Assembly: GCA_963741955.1 (NCBI GenBank)
Contig: CAVUKB010000004.1
Span: 352,001 to 416,000 of the forward strand
DNA length: 64,000 nucleotides
Direction of reading: 5' to 3'
DNA from: an uncultured Acidobacteriota bacterium
GTDB lineage: Bacteria; Acidobacteriota; Thermoanaerobaculia; Gp7-AA8
The notes beneath the pieces are model-generated. The model worked only from the letters and a program-made list of their open reading frames with translations, was not told the DNA's origin and ran no database searches. Shown piece by piece: positions 56,595-64,000 of this stretch. How positions within the stretch are numbered: position 1 is the stretch's first letter; the number at the start of each line of letters is the position of its first letter. The translations under genes were made by a program, and so were the position numbers.

Positions 56595-58160
56595 ATGAGT
56601 GACGAACAGGCGATTCGAGATGGCGAGCCGGTAGTCGGACGAGTCGAGCTCCGCGAGGTGCCGGGCACGACGGCGTCCGCGTCGGCGAGGTTCGACTCGG
56701 CAATTCCCCTTGCCCTGACGTTCGACGATGTCCTTCTGGTGCCGTCGAAGTCCGACGTCCACCCCAATTTCGTCGATACCAGCACGCGGCTGACGCGCGA
56801 CATCAGGCTGAACATCCCGATCATTTCCGCGGCGATGGACACCGTCACCGAGGCGCGCCTCGCGATCGCCATCGCACAGCAGGGCGGTCTCGGCGTGATT
56901 CACAAGAACATGACCATCGACCAGCAGGCCGAAGAGGTCGACAAGGTCAAACGCTCTGAAGCAGGAATGATCGTCGACCCCGTCACTATGCGGCCGTGGC
57001 AGCGCATCTCCGAAGCGCTCGCGGTCATGGAGAAGTACAAGATCTCCGGCGTTCCGGTCACCGACGAGAACGGAAAGCTCGTCGGCATCCTCACCAACCG
57101 CGACCTCCGTTTCGAGACCCGCTTCGATCTCCCGATCGCCGAGCGGATGACGAAGGAAAACCTGATCACCGTACCGGTCGGTACCACCCTCGACGCCGCG
57201 CGCGAAGTCCTGCACCACCACCGGATCGAAAAGCTCCTGGTCGTCGACGGCAACGGAGACCTCAAGGGGCTGATCACCGTCAAGGACATCCAGAAGGCGC
57301 GGAAGTACCCGAGCGCGTCGAAAGATCCCCTCGGCCGGCTCCGCTGCGGCGCCGCGATCGGCGTCGCGAAGGACTCCCTCGACCGGGCACGCGCACTGAT
57401 CGACGCGAAGGCCGACGTCATCGTCATCGATTCCGCGCACGCGCATTCGGCAGGCGTGATGGACGTGATCCGGCAGTTCAAGCGGTACTTCCCGGAGACG
57501 CCGATGATCGCGGGGAACATCGCCACCGCCGAGGCGGCCGAAGATCTGATCCGGCTCGGAGTCGACGGGATCAAAGTCGGCATCGGACCCGGCTCCATCT
57601 GCACCACGCGCGTCGTCGCCGGCGCCGGCGTTCCGCAGGTCACCGCGATCATCGAATGCACTCGGGTCGCCGAGAAGTACGACGTCCCGGTGATCAGCGA
57701 CGGCGGGATCAAGTTCTCCGGCGACGTGACCAAGGCGCTGGCCGCGGGGGCGAACTGCGTGATGATCGGCTCGCTCTTCGCGGGGACCGACGAAGCCCCC
57801 GGCGAGACCATCCTGTATCAGGGACGCACGTTCAAGGCGTATCGCGGAATGGGATCGATCGGAGCGATGCAGGCAGGGTCGAAGGACCGGTACTTCCAGG
57901 ATGCGGAAGACGACGCGGCGAAGCTCGTCCCGGAGGGAATCGAAGGAAAGGTGCCGTACAAGGGCTCTCTCTCCGCGATGATTCCGCAGATCGTCGGTGG
58001 CCTCCGCTCCGGAATGGGACTGGCGGGTGCCGCGAGCATCGACGACCTCCGGACGAAGAGTCGCTTCGTACGGATCACGGCCGCCGGACTCCGCGAGAGC
58101 CATGCCCACGACGTGGTGATCACGAAGGAAGCGCCGAACTACCGGATCGAATCCGAATAG
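56595..58160 (+). CDS. guaB: IMP dehydrogenase
   Basis: [22 protein letters not shown] pair, [33 protein letters not shown]. Confidence 0.97.
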   Translation: MSDEQAIRDGEPVVGRVELREVPGTTASASARFDSAIPLALTFDDVLLVPSKSDVHPNFVDTSTRLTRDIRLNIPIISAAMDTVTEARLAIAIAQQGGLGVIHKNMTIDQQAEEVDKVKRSEAGMIVDPVTMRPWQRISEALAVMEKYKISGVPVTDENGKLVGILTNRDLRFETRFDLPIAERMTKENLITVPVGTTLDAAREVLHHHRIEKLLVVDGNGDLKGLITVKDIQKARKYPSASKDPLGRLRCGAAIGVAKDSLDRARALIDAKADVIVIDSAHAHSAGVMDVIRQFKRYFPETPMIAGNIATAEAAEDLIRLGVDGIKVGIGPGSICTTRVVAGAGVPQVTAIIECTRVAEKYDVPVISDGGIKFSGDVTKALAAGANCVMIGSLFAGTDEAPGETILYQGRTFKAYRGMGSIGAMQAGSKDRYFQDAEDDAAKLVPEGIEGKVPYKGSLSAMIPQIVGGLRSGMGLAGAASIDDLRTKSRFVRITAAGLRESHAHDVVITKEAPNYRIESE

Positions 58161-58192
58161 GCGACGAGCGCCGGCTCCGCACCCCGGATGCA

Positions 58193-58639
58193 GCACGTGC
58201 CGAGGCTCCATGCGTGCAGGCAGTGGCCCGTGCCGAGGGGCGCGGATCCTCTGATCCGCCGCGCGAATCACGTTCGGAGCGGATCGGGAGGATGGCTTCG
58301 GCAGAAGCGGAGCCGTACGGTGCAGACGCTCCGCGCGTAGCCTCCCGCGCACTCTTTCCCGAGGTGAACACGATCTTCGAGGCGGATCCCGGCGAGCGGA
58401 ATCCGCTCCCCGGAAGCGGCACGTGGCGAGGCTCCATGCGTGCAGGCAGCGGCCCGTGCCGAGGGGCGCGGATCCTCTGATCCGCCGCGCGAATCACGTT
58501 CGGAGCGGATCGGGAGGATGGCTTCGGCAGAAGCGGAGCCGTACGGTGCAGACGCTCCGCGCGTAGCCTCCCGCGCACTCTTTCCCGAGGTGAACACGAT
58601 CTTCGATGCGGATCCCGGCGAGCGGAATCCGCTCCCCGG
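58193..58639. repeat. Tandem duplication (2 x 226 bp) of the GCGGATC hairpin family
   Basis: Units start at 58193 and 58419 and are near-identical. Each holds a forward core and a degenerate inverted core (GAACACGATCTTCGA.GCGGATC...ATCCGC). Confidence 0.93.
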
Positions 58640-58690
58640 GGTCGCCGCGGGGCTCGCCTCGTTCCACATTCTCGTGAATAATCCGCGTTG

Positions 58691-60133
58691 ATGAGCGAGA
58701 GCGATACCATTCCCCGTTTCGACCGCCGGACGCGCGAGCTCGCGCACCGCGTCGTCGACCTTCTGTTCGACCACGTCGAGAACATTCGCGAACAGCCGGT
58801 CGTCGACTGGCAGAGCTCCGATGAATTGCGACGTCGCTTCGCCGTCGGTGAAGAGCCTCTCGACGACGATCGGCTCGTAGAGAAGATCGCCGAGCTCGCG
58901 CGCAGCTCGATCCAGATCCATCACCCCTCGTATATGGGGCATCAGGTCTGTCCTCCCTTTCCCACCGGCGTGATCGGCGACCTGGTGATCTCGACGCTCA
59001 ACCAGTCGACCGCGGTCTGGGAGATGAGTCCCGCGGCGACGATCATCGAGCAGCAGATCGTCCGCTGGCTCATCGACCGTGTTGGCTACCCGGCAGATGC
59101 AGCCGGAACCGCCGTCTCGGGTGGCTCGGCCGCGAACCTGACCGCGCTTCTCGCCGCCCGCGCGAGATTGCAGCACGAAGAGGCGGGAAGGAAGCGGACT
59201 CCGGTGATCCTCTGCTCGGAGAGCACTCATTACTCCGTCGCGCGCGCCGCGTCGATCCTCGGACTCGGCCCGTCGAGCGTGGTGAAGATACCGGTCGGCC
59301 GCGACTATCGGATGGATGCGGACGCGCTGGTTCGAGAGCTCGACGGCGTCGAGGCGTCGGAGTCTCACGCCGCGATGGCGATCGTCGCAACTGCGGGCTC
59401 CACGGCGACCGGCTCGTTCGACCGGCTCGGCGAGATCGCCGAGATCCGCGATCGCTACCGCACGTGGCTTCACGTCGACGCGGCGCACGGCGCCTCGGTG
59501 CTCCTGTCCGAGACTCTCTCGCCTCTGGTACACGGACTCGATCGCGCGGACTCCCTCAGCTGGGATCCGCACAAGATGCTCTGGATGCCGCTCTCGCTCG
59601 GCGTGGTCCTGGTGCGACACGAGCGCTGGCTACGCGGTGCGTTCGAGTCCGACGCGCCGTACCTCTTCCATCGCGAAGCGGATGAGCCGAACATCGGTGA
59701 AATGACCATCCAGTGTTCCAGGCGCGCGGATGCGGTCAAGCTCTGGCTCACGCTGCAGGCGCACGGAACCGATGCATTCACTGCTGCGATGGAGAGAGTG
59801 ACCGAGCTGACGAGATACCTTCATCGCCGTGTGACCGACAGCGATGACTTCGAATCGATGCACGAGCCGGAGTTCAACATCTTCTGCTTCCGTTTCGTCG
59901 GCGATCGGAATCGTGACGAGGCTGAGCTCGACGGATGGAACCGGCGGATCCGGAGAGCGCTCATCGAATCGGGCGACGCGTGGATCACGTCCACGGTGCT
60001 CGGTGGAAGGCGAGTGCTGCGTGTGACGATGATCAACCCGGCGACCACAGAAGCCGACATCGACCGGATGCTCGATTCGGTGCGGCGCGTGGCGTCCGCG
60101 TTGGAAGATGAAGAGCTGGCGGAGCCGCAATGA
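58691..60133 (+). CDS. Group II PLP-dependent amino acid decarboxylase (DABA/aromatic type)
   Basis: HHPSYMGHQ, SGGSAANLTALLAAR, HYSV, ATAGSTATG, HVDAAHG, SWDPHK (PLP Lys). Confidence 0.92.
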   Translation: MSESDTIPRFDRRTRELAHRVVDLLFDHVENIREQPVVDWQSSDELRRRFAVGEEPLDDDRLVEKIAELARSSIQIHHPSYMGHQVCPPFPTGVIGDLVISTLNQSTAVWEMSPAATIIEQQIVRWLIDRVGYPADAAGTAVSGGSAANLTALLAARARLQHEEAGRKRTPVILCSESTHYSVARAASILGLGPSSVVKIPVGRDYRMDADALVRELDGVEASESHAAMAIVATAGSTATGSFDRLGEIAEIRDRYRTWLHVDAAHGASVLLSETLSPLVHGLDRADSLSWDPHKMLWMPLSLGVVLVRHERWLRGAFESDAPYLFHREADEPNIGEMTIQCSRRADAVKLWLTLQAHGTDAFTAAMERVTELTRYLHRRVTDSDDFESMHEPEFNIFCFRFVGDRNRDEAELDGWNRRIRRALIESGDAWITSTVLGGRRVLRVTMINPATTEADIDRMLDSVRRVASALEDEELAEPQ

Positions 60134-60873
60134 CGCTGGCGAGGCGGATCCGGATCGTACTCGTCGAGCCGCGTGAGGAAGGGAATGTCGGCGCGGTCGC
60201 CCGGGCGATGAAGAACTTCGGGCTCGACGATCTGGTGGTGGTCGGTCAGATCCCGGGGCCGGGACGCGTTGCGGAGTGGTGGTCGAGCGGCGCTGCGGAT
60301 CTGGTCGGATCAGCGAGAGTGGTCGCGACGCTCGATGACGCGATCCAGGACGTACACCGGACGATCGCCACGACCTCCGCGCGCGGACGCAGCGAGGACG
60401 ATCTTCTCACCCCCAAAGGTCTCTCCGAGCTGTGGCGGGACACCGGCGCAGGAGAACGGATCGCGCTCGTCTTCGGACGGGAAGATCGTGGTCTCACCGC
60501 AGAGGAGGTCGCGAAATGCCAGTTCCGCGTCAGCATCCCGACCTCTACTGCATTTCCGACCATGAACCTCGCGCAGTCGGTCGCCATCCTCTGTTACGAG
60601 CTGCATCGGGAAGATCCGCCGAGGGGCGCGGCGAAGCCCGCGGCCGCAGAGGCAGGGCAGATCGAGCGGCTGCACGAGATGGCGCGCGAGCTCCTTCTCG
60701 ATTCCGGTTTTTTGAACGCGGAGAATCCGGACCATATCTACGATGAGATGCGTGCCCTCGCAGGACGGGCGCGTCTGAGTGAAAGAGAAGTGACGCTGCT
60801 CCTCGGCGCCGTGAGGCAGCTTCGATGGAAGATCCACGGGAGCGAAGCTTCAGATCAGCCCGATTCGGCCTGA
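60130..60873 (+). CDS. trmJ: TrmJ/LasT family SPOUT tRNA methyltransferase
   Basis: IVLVEP...GNVGAVARAMKNFG, ATTSAR, VFGREDRGL, MNLAQSV...YEL. Confidence 0.85.
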   Translation: MTLARRIRIVLVEPREEGNVGAVARAMKNFGLDDLVVVGQIPGPGRVAEWWSSGAADLVGSARVVATLDDAIQDVHRTIATTSARGRSEDDLLTPKGLSELWRDTGAGERIALVFGREDRGLTAEEVAKCQFRVSIPTSTAFPTMNLAQSVAILCYELHREDPPRGAAKPAAAEAGQIERLHEMARELLLDSGFLNAENPDHIYDEMRALAGRARLSEREVTLLLGAVRQLRWKIHGSEASDQPDSA

Positions 60874-61268
60874 TGCTCGGCGAGACAGGAGGCGATCATT
60901 TCCAGGAAGGCTTCGAGATCGAACGGTTTGAGGATCGAGTTGCAGACGCTGTCGGGCGGGATGCGCTCGACGCCCCGCGGCCCGGCGGCCGTGAACACGA
61001 TCACGTGAGGTGGGGGCGAATGGGTTCCTTCGCGCTTCAGAGTTTCCAGGAATTCGAATCCGTTCACCTTCGGCATCATCAGATCGAGGAGGATCAGGTC
61101 GTAACGGTTGCGACGGACTTTTTCGATGCCCGCGCTCCCGTCTTCGGCCAGGTCGACGGTGAAGTGAAGACGTTGCAGAACCGCCTGGAGCAGCACACGA
61201 ATCGCGAGGTCGTCGTCGATGACGATAATGTTCCGTCCGGTGCCGTCGATTCTCGTCAGGTTCTGCAT
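60855..61268 (-). CDS. Stand-alone response regulator (CheY-like receiver)
   Basis: IIVIDDD, ILLDLMMPKVNG, VFTA, LKPF. Confidence 0.92.
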   Translation of the reverse strand: MQNLTRIDGTGRNIIVIDDDLAIRVLLQAVLQRLHFTVDLAEDGSAGIEKVRRNRYDLILLDLMMPKVNGFEFLETLKREGTHSPPPHVIVFTAAGPRGVERIPPDSVCNSILKPFDLEAFLEMIASCLAEHQAESG

Positions 61269-61414
61269 TTTCCGGGGGCTGTAGGTTTACAAGGGTTAAC
61301 CGGAACTTTCTGGAAGGACGATATGCGGAAACGGGGCCAGAGATCGAGAGTGACATTCAATCTCATGGAAGTCCAGTAGAAAGAGCGGCTTGCATTTCCG
61401 TACAGTTCAGGTGA

Positions 61415-63455
<2,041 letters not shown>

Positions 63456-63457
<2 letters not shown>

Positions 63458-63584
63458 TTTGCGCGAATTGCGCTGAGCTTGACCCGGTTCCGTTGACGGT
63501 TCAGAGCCCGGGCGTTCAGGTGTCCACTGAGAAAGCCAACCCGGGTCAACTCCAGGACTCCAATTTCGCGCAAATCGCGCAAAT
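63456..63584. repeat. Imperfect inverted repeat of the nonamer family between convergent genes
   Basis: GATTTGCGCGAATTG (63456-63470) / CAATTTCGCGCAAATC (63561-63576); inner TTGACCCGG / CCGGGTCAA. Confidence 0.75.
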
Positions 63585-63587
63585 GAA

Positions 63588-64000
63588 CTACCGGTACACG
63601 AACACGTCCACGTTCGCGTGCGAGCGGAGCTGCTTCGTCCAGCGGTCGACTTCCTGCTGGAGGCGCTGCTGCTTGAGGAGATCGCGGATCGCTTCCCGCA
63701 CGTCGCCGAGAGGCTGGACCGGAAGGCCCTGGCGCTTCCGCATCGGAACCCACGTGTCGGTGTAGTAGCGCTCGATCTCGTCGAGGGACACGAAAATCGT
63801 CGGCGAGAATCGCTCCTCGATGTATGCCTCCACCTGCAGCTGGCGCTTGAGAATCGCCTTCAGTTCGTCGAGACTCAACTCCATCTTCGACAGAGTCTCC
63901 TCGAACGCCGCCTGAGACGGGAAGCGCTGTATCACCTGCTGGAGTCTCGCTTCGATCGCATCCTTCGAGACGTCCTGCGCGCCGAAGCGTTCGACGTCAC
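63588..64000 (-). CDS. SurA N-terminal-like chaperone domain protein, 5' end outside the window
   Basis: Frame is open to the window end: DVERFGAQDVSKDAIEARLQQV...VSLDEIERYY...VREAIRDLL...WTKQLRSHANV. Confidence 0.7.
   Translation of the reverse strand, partial: DVERFGAQDVSKDAIEARLQQVIQRFPSQAAFEETLSKMELSLDELKAILKRQLQVEAYIEERFSPTIFVSLDEIERYYTDTWVPMRKRQGLPVQPLGDVREAIRDLLKQQRLQQEVDRWTKQLRSHANVDVFVYR

Overview
GC-rich bacterial chromosomal segment. Gene content and protein styles suggest Acidobacteriota, probably Thermoanaerobaculia (inference). It holds about 50 CDSs, mostly housekeeping, envelope or metabolic. These include a TetR-TolC-MFP-RND efflux operon, a PD-(D/E)XK nuclease-DinG/XPD helicase fusion, four PLP enzymes (class I aminotransferase, tryptophanase, kynureninase-like enzyme, group II decarboxylase), a 1532-aa secreted protein with about 24 plant-receptor-type LRRs, divergent NfeD-flotillin and GntR-stomatin operons, a desaturase, PilT, an ABC/MFP exporter, pgeF-PBP1B, fabF-acpP, dacB, guaB, trmJ-like and ligA. 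One intact IS1380-family element is present (40596-42312, CTAG duplication). No rRNA, tRNA or CRISPR array was found. The intergenic DNA carries a layered set of small repeats: (i) two MITEs with the same terminal repeats as the IS1380; (ii) GTGG-type REP hairpins amplified into 34-, 37- and 167-bp tandem arrays, plus a circularly permuted end-to-end junction; (iii) a second hairpin family amplified into 144- and 226-bp units; (iv) heptamer and nonamer microsatellites; (v) a twice-seen AT-rich core bounded by AGAAY-N3-RTTCT palindromes. Protein-level leads are a ~250-aa secreted module shared by two unrelated proteins, an 83-aa tandem Cys/His protein, and an A10 slippery tract at a domain boundary of a DUF4388 gene.
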